A stretch of DNA of 58,879 nt, filler included, from 6 parts of 6 records of this genome joined end to end with filler, not necessarily neighbours in it, one strand, 5' to 3'. Positions 16,982 to 27,079 are shown, counted from the whole stretch's first letter. The notes: generated by a model from the letters alone, not told the origin. Numbers and translations are program-made.

Positions 16982-17323
16982 ATGACATTGCAATCAAAAA
17001 CCAAGGCGCAATTGCTAGAGATGCTGGAAAGCCAGGGCATCGGGGCCAAAGCCAGCATGAAAAAGGCCGAATTGATCGCATTGCTAGAGGCCGGCGCAGC
17101 TGAACCGGCACCCGTAGCTGAACCAGCACCAGCACCTGCAGCGGCACCCGCAGCGGCACATGCCCCAGCCCCCGCATCTGACACAGCCACACAGCCACCC
17201 GCACAGGGCACCGCCCAAACCACACCGGCACAGGCCGAGGCGCCCAGCGCCTGGCCGGCGGTTGCCTTGGTGGTGGGGGGCTTTGCCCTGTTGGCGGTGC
17301 TCGGCGCGATCTTGTTTCGCTAA
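16982..17323 (+). CDS. Small protein: HeH/Rho-N/SAP-like N-domain, Ala/Pro linker, C-terminal TM helix
   Basis: KTKAQLLEMLESQGI...MKKAELIALL; AP-rich linker; hydrophobic WPAVALVVGGFALLAVLGAILFR tail; purine-rich RBS AAGGGGG. Confidence 0.65.
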   Translation: MTLQSKTKAQLLEMLESQGIGAKASMKKAELIALLEAGAAEPAPVAEPAPAPAAAPAAAHAPAPASDTATQPPAQGTAQTTPAQAEAPSAWPAVALVVGGFALLAVLGAILFR

Positions 17324-17342
17324 GCACCGCCAAGGGCGGGTT

Positions 17343-18848
17343 TTATTTCAGCACAGGCGGGCGTTTCCACGCGGCGGGGCCGCTTTTGTGGATGGAGTTG
17401 CCTTGCGTATCCACCGCCACCATCACCGGCATATCCTGCACCTGCAGCTTGTAAATGGCCTCCATGCCCAGATCGGTAAAGGCCACAGGCTCGGCCGATT
17501 TGATGGCTTTCGACACCAGATAGGCCGCCCCGCCCACAGCAATCAGATAGGCCGCTTTGTGCCGTGCAATCGCCTCTAGGCCCAGGGGGCCGCGTTCGGC
17601 CTTGCCGATCATCACTTTCAGCCCGGTATCGGCCAGGATGCGATCGGTAAACTTGTCCATCCGGGTCGAGGTGGTGGGGCCAGCGGGGCCGATCACCTCG
17701 TCGCCCACAGCATCCACCGGGCCCACGTAATAAATCGCCCGGCCTTTCAGATCGATCGGCAGGGGCTGGCCTTTGTCCAGCATATCGATCATCCGCTTAT
17801 GCGCCGCATCGCGCCCGGTATAAAGCGTGCCCGACAACAGCAGCGTTTGCCCCGGCTTAAGATTGGCCAAGGCCTGATCGTTTAAATCATCCAGATCCAG
17901 CCGGTGGATATCGGCGCTGGCCTGGTCCAGCAGGATTTCAGGATAATCCGCCAGATCCGGCGGGGTGAAACTGGCCGGGCCGCTGCCATCTAGCGTGAAA
18001 TGCGCGTGCCGCGTGGCCGCGCAATTGGGGATCAAGCCCACAGGCAGCGAGGCGGCATGGGTTGGGAAGCTGCGGATTTTCACATCCAACACCGTGGTCA
18101 CACCGCCCAGGCCCTGCGCGCCGATGCCCAGCGCATTCACCCGCTCGGCGATTTCAAGGCGCAGCTCTTCGGTGCGGTTTGATGGGCCGCGGCGCTGCAA
18201 TTCGTGCAAATCAATCGGGTCAGACAGCGCAGCCTTGGCCATGGCCATGGCGCGATCGGCATTGCCGCCCACCCCAATGCCCAAAATACCCGGCGGGCAC
18301 CAACCCGCACCCAAGGTTTCGACGGTTTCCACCACCCAATCGGCCACAGATCCAGAGGGGTTGAGCGTGGTAAACTTGGCCTTGTTTTCAGACCCGCCCC
18401 CTTTGGCGGCCACTTCCACCTCGATCTTGTCGCCCGCCACCATCTCGACGGTCAGCATGCAAGGCGTGTTATCGCCGGAATTTTTGCGTTCACCAAAGGG
18501 ATCCACCACGACCGAGGCGCGCAGCGGATTGGTGTCGCGCAAATACCCCTGCCGCGTGCCTTCGTCGCAGATCTCTTGCAGGCTGCGGCGGAAATCGGTT
18601 TTCGCCTGAACGCCGTATTTGATGTGAATATTGGCCGCGCCGGTATCTTGGCAAATCGGGCGGCGGCCCATGGCACACATGCGCGAATTGACCAAGATTT
18701 GCGCCATCGCCTGTTTAGCGCTGGGGTTTTCCTCGCGCTGCCAGGCCGATGACATGGCCTGGATGAAATCTGGCGGATGAAAATAAGAGATATATTGCAA
18801 TGCCTCGGCGATGGAGGCGATCAGGTCGTCTTCGCGGATCAGGGTCAT
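17343..18848 (-). CDS. Class I (Fe-S) fumarate hydratase
   Basis: RPICQDTG, KGGGSENK, GWCPPG, NCAATRH, GPTTSTRMD, GKAERG. Confidence 0.93.
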   Translation of the reverse strand: MTLIREDDLIASIAEALQYISYFHPPDFIQAMSSAWQREENPSAKQAMAQILVNSRMCAMGRRPICQDTGAANIHIKYGVQAKTDFRRSLQEICDEGTRQGYLRDTNPLRASVVVDPFGERKNSGDNTPCMLTVEMVAGDKIEVEVAAKGGGSENKAKFTTLNPSGSVADWVVETVETLGAGWCPPGILGIGVGGNADRAMAMAKAALSDPIDLHELQRRGPSNRTEELRLEIAERVNALGIGAQGLGGVTTVLDVKIRSFPTHAASLPVGLIPNCAATRHAHFTLDGSGPASFTPPDLADYPEILLDQASADIHRLDLDDLNDQALANLKPGQTLLLSGTLYTGRDAAHKRMIDMLDKGQPLPIDLKGRAIYYVGPVDAVGDEVIGPAGPTTSTRMDKFTDRILADTGLKVMIGKAERGPLGLEAIARHKAAYLIAVGGAAYLVSKAIKSAEPVAFTDLGMEAIYKLQVQDMPVMVAVDTQGNSIHKSGPAAWKRPPVLK

Positions 18849-18971
18849 AGGGGGCCTCGTTTATGCGCAATATACCTTCGCATACAGTCTCTGTTTGGAT
18901 AAGCCAAGACCAGCCCGCCCCGCGCCCAGGCCCCAGGCGCGCAAAAACCGGCCCATGGGCTGAATGAGTAT

Positions 18972-19382
18972 TTAGGGCAAGATGAAAGGGCGCGGCGCAG
19001 GATCGGCCAGATCTGCCAGGATCGGGCAATCGGGGCGGTGATCGCCGGCGCATTGCTGCACCAGGGCAGACAGCGTTTCCTTCATCGAGACAAGCTTGGC
19101 GATTTTTTCGTCAATCTGGCGCAGATGGTCTTGGGCCACGGCCTTGACCTGCGCGCTTTGGCGGCTGTCGTCGCTGTAAAGCGCCAGCAGGGTGCGGCAA
19201 TCTTCGATGGTAAAGCCCAAGGCGCGCGCGCGGCCGATAAAGGCAAGTTTATGCAGATCGACGGGGCGGAAATGGCGATAGCCATTGGCCGCGCGTTGGG
19301 GTGTGACCAGGCCGATTTCCTCGTAATAGCGGATGGTTTTCGCCGGCACGCCGGCGCGCTGTGCAACATCGCCGATATTCAT
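18972..19382 (-). CDS. cueR: Cu(I)-responsive MerR-family regulator CueR
   Basis: MNIGDVA...KTIRYYEEIGL, RARALGF, metal loop CAGDHRPDCPIL. Confidence 0.95.
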   Translation of the reverse strand: MNIGDVAQRAGVPAKTIRYYEEIGLVTPQRAANGYRHFRPVDLHKLAFIGRARALGFTIEDCRTLLALYSDDSRQSAQVKAVAQDHLRQIDEKIAKLVSMKETLSALVQQCAGDHRPDCPILADLADPAPRPFILP

Positions 19383-19397
19383 GAAAGGATCTCCTTT

Positions 19398-21875
19398 TTA
19401 AGCTGCGGGTGCGGCTGCGCGCTCGTCCATAAGGGGGGCGATGCGGCGCAACCGCAGGGCATTGCTGAGCACAAAGACCGAGCTGAGCGCCATGGCGGCG
19501 GCAGCGAAAATGGGTGACAAGAGCAGGCCAAAAGCCGGGTAAAGCACCCCCGCAGCCACCGGAATAAGCGCCACGTTATAGCCAAAGGCCCAGCCCAGGT
19601 TTTGCGTGATGTTGCGCATCGTTTGGCGCGAGATTTCAAAGGCATTGACCACGCCGCGCAGATCGCCCGACATCAGCACCACATCGGCGCTTTCAATGGC
19701 CACGTCTGTTCCGGTGCCAATGGCGATGCCCACATCGGCATGGGCCAGGGCGGGGGCGTCGTTTATGCCATCGCCCACAAAGGCCAGGCGGCCATGGGCG
19801 CGCAGCTGCGCGAGTGCCTCTACCTTGCCGCTGGGCAGCACCCCGGCGATGACATGATCGATGCCAATGTCATCGGCGATCACCTGCGCCGTGCTGGCCT
19901 TGTCGCCCGTGATCATCGCCACCTGCAGCCCCATCGCCTTAAGTGCCGCCACCGCAGCGCGGCTAGAGGGTTTGAGCGGGTCAGAGATGCCCAGCAGCGC
20001 CACCACGCGGCCATCGATGGCGGCAAAAAGCGCGGTGCGGCCTTTGGCGGCCAGGTCAGATTCGGCCTGGGCCAATGCGCTGGTATCTATGCCCTCGCGC
20101 GCCATCAGGCGATCGGCGCCGATGATCACCTGTTGGCCTGCCACGGTTGCCAAAACACCATAGCCTGGTTCGGCACGAAAATCCTGGGCTGCGGGCAGGG
20201 CCACGTTTTCGGCCTGCGCGGCGCGCAAAATCGCCTGCGCCACGGGGTGTTCTGATCGGGCCTCGACGGCGGCAATGGCCGCCAAAACCGTGCCGCGCTG
20301 TGTGCGGCCTGTCAGCACCATATCTGTCAGCTCGGGGCGGCCCGCGGTGATGGTGCCGGTTTTATCAAGCGCCACAACAGCCACGCCCCCCAGCGCCTGC
20401 AGCGCGTCGCCCTTGCGAAACAGCACCCCCATTTCGGCCGCGCGCCCGGTTCCCACCATGATCGAGGTGGGTGTGGCCAGCCCCATGGCGCAGGGGCAGG
20501 CGATGATCAGCACAGACACGCCCGCCACCAACGCATAGCTAAGGCCCGCGCCAGCGCCAAAAACCAGCCACGCCAGCACCGTCAGCACAGAGAGCGCCAT
20601 GACGGCGGGCACAAACCACAACGTGACCCGGTCAACCAGGCCCTGGATGGGCAGTTTGGCCCCTTGCGCCTGTTCAACCATGCGAATGATTTGCGCCAGC
20701 GTGCTATCGGCACCCACCCGCGTGGCCTGCACCGTTAAGCTGCCCGCACCATTGACTGTGCCCCCTGTCACCGCGTCGCCCGGCGCCTTGGCCACCGGCA
20801 GCGGCTCGCCGGTGATCATGCTTTCATCGACAAAGCTTGTGCCTTCGCTGACCACACCATCGACGGCCAGCCGTTCGCCGGGGCGCACCAGCACCAGATC
20901 ATCGCGGCGCAGCGCCTCGATCTGGATCTCGGTGGGTTGGCCTGCGCGCAGAACACGGGCCGTGCGCAGTTGCAGGCCCAAAAGCGCCGCAATCGCCGCG
21001 CCGGTGCGGCCCTTGGCCCGCGCCTCTAGCCAACGGCCCAGCAAGATCAGCACGACAATCACCGCGGCCGCCTCGAAATAGACGGCGCGCGCGGTGTCTG
21101 GCAGCAGCGCCGGTGCAAATGTGGCGATGAGCGAATAAACATAAGCAGCCCCCGTGCCCACCGCGACAAGGCTGTTCATATCTGGCGCGCCCTTGGCCAA
21201 GGCCGGCAGGCCCTTGGCGTAAAACACCCGGCCCGGCCCGGCCAGCACGGCGCTGGTCAGCACCCATTGCAGCAGCCAGCTGGCCTGTTGGCCGATGCTG
21301 TTTTCGATGGCCATATGCAGCGCGGGTATCAGGTGCCCGCCCATTTCGATCAAAAAGACCGGCAGCGCCAGGGCGGCGGCCAACAAAAGGGTGCGCGCCA
21401 AATCGCGCGCCTCTTGTTCCTTTTGCGCGGTGCGGTCCTGGGGTGCGGTGGCACTGGCCTGGCGCGCAGGATAGCCCGCCTTGGTCAGCGCCTCTGCCAG
21501 CTGGGCGGGGGTGGTTGCCCCATCGAGATAGGTGATATGCGCGCTTTCCGCGGCCAAATTGACCGAGGCGCTTAAAACCCCGGGCTGTGCGGCCAAGGCC
21601 CGCTGCGCCCGGCCCACGCACGAGGCGCATGTCATGTCTGACACGGATAGATCGACCATTGATTGGCGCGCAGGATAGCCCAACTCTTGCAGTTTTTGCA
21701 CCGCTTGGGCCAGGGCATCGGGGCTGTCGGCGTGAAAGCTGGCGGTTTCGGCGGCAAGGTTCACCGCCACATCGCCAAGGCCAGGCACGGCACCCAGCCC
21801 GCGCGCCACCCGCGCCGAGCAGGCCCCGCAAGACATGCCTTGGATGTTTAGGGTAAACCGGTTTTGGCTGTGCAT
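19398..21875 (-). CDS. copA: Copper-translocating P1B-type ATPase
   Basis: Two HMA domains (GMSCGAC, DMTCASC), [27 protein letters not shown] and MALSS motifs. Confidence 0.95.
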   Translation of the reverse strand: MHSQNRFTLNIQGMSCGACSARVARGLGAVPGLGDVAVNLAAETASFHADSPDALAQAVQKLQELGYPARQSMVDLSVSDMTCASCVGRAQRALAAQPGVLSASVNLAAESAHITYLDGATTPAQLAEALTKAGYPARQASATAPQDRTAQKEQEARDLARTLLLAAALALPVFLIEMGGHLIPALHMAIENSIGQQASWLLQWVLTSAVLAGPGRVFYAKGLPALAKGAPDMNSLVAVGTGAAYVYSLIATFAPALLPDTARAVYFEAAAVIVVLILLGRWLEARAKGRTGAAIAALLGLQLRTARVLRAGQPTEIQIEALRRDDLVLVRPGERLAVDGVVSEGTSFVDESMITGEPLPVAKAPGDAVTGGTVNGAGSLTVQATRVGADSTLAQIIRMVEQAQGAKLPIQGLVDRVTLWFVPAVMALSVLTVLAWLVFGAGAGLSYALVAGVSVLIIACPCAMGLATPTSIMVGTGRAAEMGVLFRKGDALQALGGVAVVALDKTGTITAGRPELTDMVLTGRTQRGTVLAAIAAVEARSEHPVAQAILRAAQAENVALPAAQDFRAEPGYGVLATVAGQQVIIGADRLMAREGIDTSALAQAESDLAAKGRTALFAAIDGRVVALLGISDPLKPSSRAAVAALKAMGLQVAMITGDKASTAQVIADDIGIDHVIAGVLPSGKVEALAQLRAHGRLAFVGDGINDAPALAHADVGIAIGTGTDVAIESADVVLMSGDLRGVVNAFEISRQTMRNITQNLGWAFGYNVALIPVAAGVLYPAFGLLLSPIFAAAAMALSSVFVLSNALRLRRIAPLMDERAAAPAA

Positions 21876-21903
21876 ATCGCCCCCTTTGGTGCCGTGTTGG
21901 CTT

Positions 21904-21934
21904 TACATAAGGCTTCCAGCAACTGGAAGGTCAA
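21904..21934 (-). promoter_or_regulatory. CueR-type promoter/operator for copA
   Basis: Minus strand TTGACC (21934-21929), dyad CTTCCAG-N3-CTGGAAG (21913-21929), 19-bp spacer to TATGTA. Confidence 0.85.
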
Positions 21935-21983
21935 GGCAGTCGTGCCATTTTCTGCCACCTCGCCGCTGCGCTGCAATTGGCCC

Positions 21984-22005
21984 TTGACCTTCCCCCAGGG
22001 GCAAG
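21984..22005 (+). promoter_or_regulatory. CueR-type operator for copZ
   Basis: TTGACC (21984-21989) overlapping dyad CTTCCCC-CAG-GGGCAAG (21989-22005). Confidence 0.75.
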
Positions 22006-22046
22006 CCCCAGCTATAGGCCTGCAACCGCCAGCAAGGAGTTTTGGC

Positions 22047-22244
22047 ATGAAATTTAGCGTTCCTGACATGAGCTGTGGCCATTGCACCAGCGCCATTGAA
22101 AAAGCCATCAAAGCCGCCGATGCAGGCGCTGATGTGCAATGCGATTTAGGCACCCACACCGTTGCCGTTTCTGCCAGCCTATCGGCCAGCCAGCTGGGCG
22201 ATATCCTGCGCGCGGCGGGATACGACAATACCATCAGCAGCTAG
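22047..22244 (+). CDS. copZ: Copper chaperone CopZ (HMA domain)
   Basis: MKFSVPDMSCGHC...AAGY; RBS AAGGAG; 65 aa. Confidence 0.9.
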   Translation: MKFSVPDMSCGHCTSAIEKAIKAADAGADVQCDLGTHTVAVSASLSASQLGDILRAAGYDNTISS

Positions 22245-22253
22245 GCCGCGCCC

Positions 22254-22287
22254 AGCCTGATCCAGATGAAAGCCTGATCCAGATCAA
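22254..22287 (+). promoter_or_regulatory. Tandem 17-bp direct repeat containing FNR/FnrL-like boxes
   Basis: AGCCTGATCCAGATGAA + AGCCTGATCCAGATCAA; second copy CTGAT-N4-ATCAA is one mismatch from TTGAT-N4-ATCAA. Confidence 0.65.
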
Positions 22288-22416
22288 AGACGGTCTTTGG
22301 GCCGTGCGTAGCATGGGGGCATGGGGCCGCAACGGCCCGATCGGCCTTGCCCCCTTTTGGGTGCGGGCCGCCCAACTGGCCTGTGTGAAACGGACCCGGC
22401 TGAAAAGGAGCGCGAT

Positions 22417-22728
22417 ATGGATCTGACGGCTATCAAAACAAAACTGCAGGCGCGGCTTGACGAACTGAACGCACACATCCACCAGATCGAAGAGACGCTA
22501 GACGCCCATCACAACCCCGACTGGAGCGAACTGGCCGTTGAACGCGAAGGGGACGAGGTGCTCGAGGGGCTTGGCCTGCAAAACCAGCACGAAATGGCCC
22601 AGATCAAGGCAGCCCTGGCCCGTATCGCGGCGGGCAATTATGGGCAATGCACCAAATGCGGCGGCGATATTCAGCCACAGCGCCTGGCACTGCTGCCCCA
22701 TACCCCGTTTTGCGCCAACTGCGCCTAA
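22417..22728 (+). CDS. TraR/DksA C4-type zinc finger protein
   Basis: Coiled coil, ALARIAAGNYGQCTKCG...RLALLPHTPFCANCA; RBS AAGGAG. Confidence 0.9.
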   Translation: MDLTAIKTKLQARLDELNAHIHQIEETLDAHHNPDWSELAVEREGDEVLEGLGLQNQHEMAQIKAALARIAAGNYGQCTKCGGDIQPQRLALLPHTPFCANCA

Positions 22729-22835
22729 ACGATGACAGGGCCGCGCGCCCCATGCGGCCCCGCCTGTAAACCCATCTTGAAATACACGCAAAAGATGCAT
22801 TAGCCTGGCAGGGCAAGTGTATAGGTGGGGCGCCG

Positions 22836-24179
22836 TTGCGCAAGTTTATCAGGCAGTTAATATGCCCGGGCTTTAGGCTGTGGGCCGCGGCGCTTTTGGC
22901 GCTTTTTTGCGGGGCTTCAGGCGCGGCAAGGGCCGATTTGCATGATTTGACGCGGCTTGGCGGGTTCAAAAAGATCTATCTTTTGCCCGCCCCGAACGAG
23001 CGGGAAATCGATGTTTACGTGATTTTGCCCGTGGGCGAGGCCCAGGCCACCGGCCCCGAGGGGCTGGCCCATTATGTGGAACATCTGGTTGCCAGTTCGG
23101 CAGATCAGGCCCATGGCAGCGGCCTGCGCGCGCGCAGCCATAACGCCTGGACATCGCCCTTTTGGACCACCTATTGGAACCGCGCGCCCCTTGGGCAGAT
23201 GGATGACATGCTGCGCTATGCAACCGCGCTGTTTCAACCGCCAGATCTAAGCGATGCTTTCATGCGCTCAGAGCGCGATATCGTCGCGCGCGAATTTGAT
23301 TTGCGCGTGGCAGATACCCCAAGCGCCAGCTTTGCCAAAGCCGCCTACCGCCACCTTTATGGCGCCCATGGCTATGGCCGCGCGGTGATTGGCACATCAG
23401 ACAGTATCGCCCGCCTGACCCCTGCCGATGCACTGGCCTTTCACGCCCGCCACTACACCCCGCAAGAGGCGTTTTTGCTGATTTTTGGCCCGATCACCCC
23501 GGAAGAGGCCACGCCGCTTTTGGCCCGGCATCTGGCAAATCTGCCCCAGAAAGCGGGCCCACAGCCCCCACAGCACCAGCCCCTGCCCCCCGCGCCCAAA
23601 GCGGGCTTGCAGATGCATTTGCCCGCGCTGACCCGCGATCAGGTGTTGGTTTTGGGCCATGCCCCCGCACCGCCCAACATGCCGCGGCGCACCCTTGTTT
23701 ATGCGATGATCTTGTTGGAAAGCATATTGAATTCGGCCCAACCCGGCAGTCTGGCCAAGCCGCTTTACTATGACGATTTCGTCGTTTCCGATATCTCGAT
23801 CGCCCTACAGCTTTTGCCAGACGGCCAGATCGCCTTTCAGCTGGGCTTTTCGCCAGATGGCGATATGCCCACAGCGCAGGCCACTATGCGGGTGCAACAG
23901 CTGTTGCAAGATCTGGCACAAAACGGCCTGCCAGATGCCACAGTGCAAAGCCAGCGCAGCATTTTGCAAACAAACAGTCGTATCGCACAGCAGGCCAACG
24001 CCCGTTTTGCCCTGCAGGTGGCGATGAACAGCCTGCAAAATTTGGGCGAGGCATTGGATGCAAATGACCACCACATGGCCCTGCACCGGCCCAGCACCGC
24101 AGATCTGAACGCGCTGGTGCGGGCGCTGTTTACCAGCCCAAGCATCATAACTGCCACTGCGACGAAGGATAAACCATAA
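22836..24179 (+). CDS. M16 family zinc peptidase, catalytic-type subunit (secreted)
   Basis: Signal peptide, GLAHYVEHL (HxxEH), HNAWT, ERDIVARE, HGYGRAVIG; start uncertain. Confidence 0.8.
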   Translation: MRKFIRQLICPGFRLWAAALLALFCGASGAARADLHDLTRLGGFKKIYLLPAPNEREIDVYVILPVGEAQATGPEGLAHYVEHLVASSADQAHGSGLRARSHNAWTSPFWTTYWNRAPLGQMDDMLRYATALFQPPDLSDAFMRSERDIVAREFDLRVADTPSASFAKAAYRHLYGAHGYGRAVIGTSDSIARLTPADALAFHARHYTPQEAFLLIFGPITPEEATPLLARHLANLPQKAGPQPPQHQPLPPAPKAGLQMHLPALTRDQVLVLGHAPAPPNMPRRTLVYAMILLESILNSAQPGSLAKPLYYDDFVVSDISIALQLLPDGQIAFQLGFSPDGDMPTAQATMRVQQLLQDLAQNGLPDATVQSQRSILQTNSRIAQQANARFALQVAMNSLQNLGEALDANDHHMALHRPSTADLNALVRALFTSPSIITATATKDKP

Positions 24180-25555
24180 TGACTGCCCCCCTGCGCCTTT
24201 GTGCTGCCACCCTCTGTGCCCTGCTGGCCCTGGCCCTGCCTGCCACAGCCTTTGAGGTGCAAAACCACAAAACCCCCAATGGCCACAGCTTTTCGCTGTT
24301 ACCCATGCGCGAGGCTGGGCAAACGGTGGTGCATTTCGCCTGGCGCGGCGGCGATGGTTACCTGGCCACAGAAAAAGGCAACCTGACCGAACTTGCCCCG
24401 GTGCTGTTGGCGCAAAGCGGCAGCACTGACATGCCAATCACCGAGCTGGGAACGCAGCTGAACGCCATCGGCGGGGGGGTGCTTTTTTATACAGGCACGG
24501 ACGCGCTGCATGGGCTGTTGATTGGCACCGCTGGCAAAATGGTGCCCGCAGCCCAGCTGATGAACGCCGTCATAGCGCGCCCCGCGTTCGATGAAAGGTG
24601 GCTGAAACGGCTACAGCGCAGTTTTGTGGAAAATGTCACCGCAGACCAGGCCACCACTGGCGGCCAGGCCTGGCGGGCGCTGCGCGAGATGGGCATGGGC
24701 AACCACCCGTTAAAACAGGTGCGCAGCAAAACCCCGCCTGAGAACATCAAGAAAATCACCATCGCCGATGTGAAAGAGTGGCACCAACGCAGCCTAAGCA
24801 CCGGTAATTTGGGCATTTTTGCCGCGGGCCCCGCCACTGCCGATGAAATTGGCCAGGCCATCGATGCCGCCTTGCAAGGCCTGCCCGCCCAAAACAAGCG
24901 CAAAGATTATCCCCGCCTGAACATGCGCTACCCCGGCAAAACCATTTTGCTGCATGACCCAAAGCTTGCGAAATCATATATTCTGGTGGCAGGCCCGCTG
25001 CCCAAAAACTATGCCCCCAACCAAGAGGCGCGCGAATTGGGCATGGCGGTTTTGGGCGTGTCTGATCAATCGCGCCTGCATACCGCCCTGCGCAAAGAGC
25101 TGCGCGCAACCTATGCTTTCAGCGCCTGGATCAGCGACTTTTCCCGCGACAATGCTGTGCTTTATTTTCAGGGGGAAATCGCCACGCCGCAGGTGGCCCA
25201 GGCCCTGCAAACGATCAAGGCCAGCTATACCAGCCTGCGCCAAGATGGCATCGGCGCAGTGGAATTTCCCTTTGCCAAACGTCTTTATGCCAACCGCGCG
25301 AAAACGTTGCTATCGCAGCCCCGCGACGCGGCAAATATGATGGCCGAGGCATGGCTGACAAACCGCAGCCCGGCCCAGGGGTTGGGCTATGGCCTGCGCG
25401 CCGCAAGCCTAGAGCGCGAGGCGGTCAACCGCGTGATCGCGGCCGAATTTCCAAGCTTTGACAGCATGACAAAAATCGTGGTCAGCCCCGATGCAAAGGC
25501 CATCGCGGCCGATTGCGTGATCACCCATTTCACCCAAGCGGCGCGCTGCCGCTAG
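24179..25555 (+). CDS. M16 family peptidase, non-catalytic partner subunit (secreted)
   Basis: Signal peptide, TPNG, SRLHTALRKELRATY; no HxxEH; TAATG-coupled to upstream M16 gene. Confidence 0.75.
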   Translation: MTAPLRLCAATLCALLALALPATAFEVQNHKTPNGHSFSLLPMREAGQTVVHFAWRGGDGYLATEKGNLTELAPVLLAQSGSTDMPITELGTQLNAIGGGVLFYTGTDALHGLLIGTAGKMVPAAQLMNAVIARPAFDERWLKRLQRSFVENVTADQATTGGQAWRALREMGMGNHPLKQVRSKTPPENIKKITIADVKEWHQRSLSTGNLGIFAAGPATADEIGQAIDAALQGLPAQNKRKDYPRLNMRYPGKTILLHDPKLAKSYILVAGPLPKNYAPNQEARELGMAVLGVSDQSRLHTALRKELRATYAFSAWISDFSRDNAVLYFQGEIATPQVAQALQTIKASYTSLRQDGIGAVEFPFAKRLYANRAKTLLSQPRDAANMMAEAWLTNRSPAQGLGYGLRAASLEREAVNRVIAAEFPSFDSMTKIVVSPDAKAIAADCVITHFTQAARCR

Positions 25556-25565
25556 CGCGCGGGCC

Positions 25566-25755
25566 TTAGGCGCCATCAAAGCCCAAGAAACGGGTAACAT
25601 TTTCCACCGGCCGGCGGCGCGACACCACGGCGTTGGCCTCGAATGTGTCATCCGGCCAGCCCAGGGCAACGCAGGTCAAGATAACCTGATCCTCGGGTAT
25701 CTGCGCCACATCGCGCACCACCGGGCTTTGCATGATGCCCTGCCCGTTGATCACC
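25566..25755 (-). CDS. Nitroreductase family protein, C-terminal fragment
   Basis: VINGQGIMQSPVVR...CVALGWPD...SRRRP; cut by contig end. Confidence 0.7.
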
Positions 25756-25855
25756 NNNNNNNNNNNNNNNNNNNNNNNNNNNNNNNNNNNNNNNNNNNNT
25801 TAATTAATTAANNNNNNNNNNNNNNNNNNNNNNNNNNNNNNNNNNNNNNNNNNNN
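25756..25855. other. Artificial contig spacer
   Basis: N-run + TTAATTAATTAA (25800-25811) + N-run. Confidence 0.97.
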
Positions 25856-26365
25856 GAGCCGACAAACCACCTTGATATCGAAAGCCGCGAGGCTTTGGTC
25901 GAGGCGCTGACCGCCTATAGCGGCGCTGTGATCTTGATCAGCCACGACATGCATTTGCTGGGGCTGGTGGCCGAACGGCTGTGGCTGGTGAAAGATGGCA
26001 CCGTGCGCCCCTATGAAGATGATCTCGAGGGCTATCGCCGTATGTTGCTGCAGGCCGATGGCCCGGCAAAACCGGCCCCGGCCAAGCCCGCCGCCCCCCA
26101 GCGGCCAAAGCCACCCAGCCGCGACGCGGTATTGGCGCTAAAGGCTGAGGTGCGCAAATGCGAGCAACGCGTGGAAAAGATCACCGAAATGCATCAGAAA
26201 CTGTCCGAAAAATTGGCGGATCCCGCGCTTTATGCCGATGACCGGATTGCGGATTTAGAGCAGTGGAACCGCAAATTCGCCGAAGTGGAAGAGGGGCTGC
26301 AGCGCGCCGAAGCGCTGTGGATGGAGGCCCTGGAACGGCTGGAAGAGGCCGAGGCGTTACGGTAG
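25856..26365 (+). CDS. ABC-F family ATPase, C-terminal fragment
   Basis: EPTNHLDIESRE, ILISHD, C-terminal coiled coil LADPALY. Confidence 0.88.
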   Translation, partial: EPTNHLDIESREALVEALTAYSGAVILISHDMHLLGLVAERLWLVKDGTVRPYEDDLEGYRRMLLQADGPAKPAPAKPAAPQRPKPPSRDAVLALKAEVRKCEQRVEKITEMHQKLSEKLADPALYADDRIADLEQWNRKFAEVEEGLQRAEALWMEALERLEEAEALR

Positions 26366-27079
26366 CATGACCCGCACAAGCAACGGCACCAAGAGGCTGG
26401 TCAAAACCGCGTTCAGCGCCAGGGCAATGCCCGCATAGGCGCCCGCCTGCGGATGCACCTGAAAGGCGCGCGCAGTGCCAATGCCATGGGCCGCCACCCC
26501 CACCGCAAAGCCGCGGGCGCGCCAATCGGTGATGCGCAGCGCATTCATCACGGGCGTGACCGTCACCGCCCCGATGATGCCGGTCAAAATCACCAAAACC
26601 GCCGTCAGCGTAGGCAGCCCGCCGATCGCCTCGGAAATGCCCAGGGCCACGGGGGCGGTGGTTGATTTGGGCGCCAAAGACAAAATCACCTCGGGTGCCA
26701 GCCCAAGGGCGCGCGCCAACCCAATAGCCGAGGCCGCCGCCACAACCGAGCCCACCAGCAGCGCCGCCACTATGGGCCACACGGTTTTGCGAATGGTGGG
26801 CAGGTTATCATAAAGCGGCAAGGCCAGCGCCACTGTGGCGGGCCCCAGCAGAAAATGGATAAACTGCGCGCCCTCAAAATAGGTGGCGTAAGGGGTAGAT
26901 GTGGCCCATAAAACCGGCGCCAGGATCAACACCGCCATCAAAACCGGGTTGGCCCAGGGGGGTGTGCCCAAGGCGCGCGCCAGCGCGGCGGCGGCCAGAT
27001 AGGCCAGCAATGTGGCCGTCAGCCACAGCAGCGGCTCGGTTGACAGATAGCTCCATAATGCGGCCATATCCCCCATCAT
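26357..27079 (-). CDS. LrgB/CidB family membrane protein
   Basis: LLGPATVALALPLY, LAPKSTTAPVA, AAHGIGTARA. Confidence 0.9.
   Translation of the reverse strand: MMGDMAALWSYLSTEPLLWLTATLLAYLAAAALARALGTPPWANPVLMAVLILAPVLWATSTPYATYFEGAQFIHFLLGPATVALALPLYDNLPTIRKTVWPIVAALLVGSVVAAASAIGLARALGLAPEVILSLAPKSTTAPVALGISEAIGGLPTLTAVLVILTGIIGAVTVTPVMNALRITDWRARGFAVGVAAHGIGTARAFQVHPQAGAYAGIALALNAVLTSLLVPLLVRVMLP

Noticed and set aside
17085-17250. Short quasi-repeats (gctgaaccggca/gctgaaccagca, gcagcggcac)
   Set aside because: They encode the Ala/Pro linker of the small membrane protein; not a CRISPR array or mobile repeat
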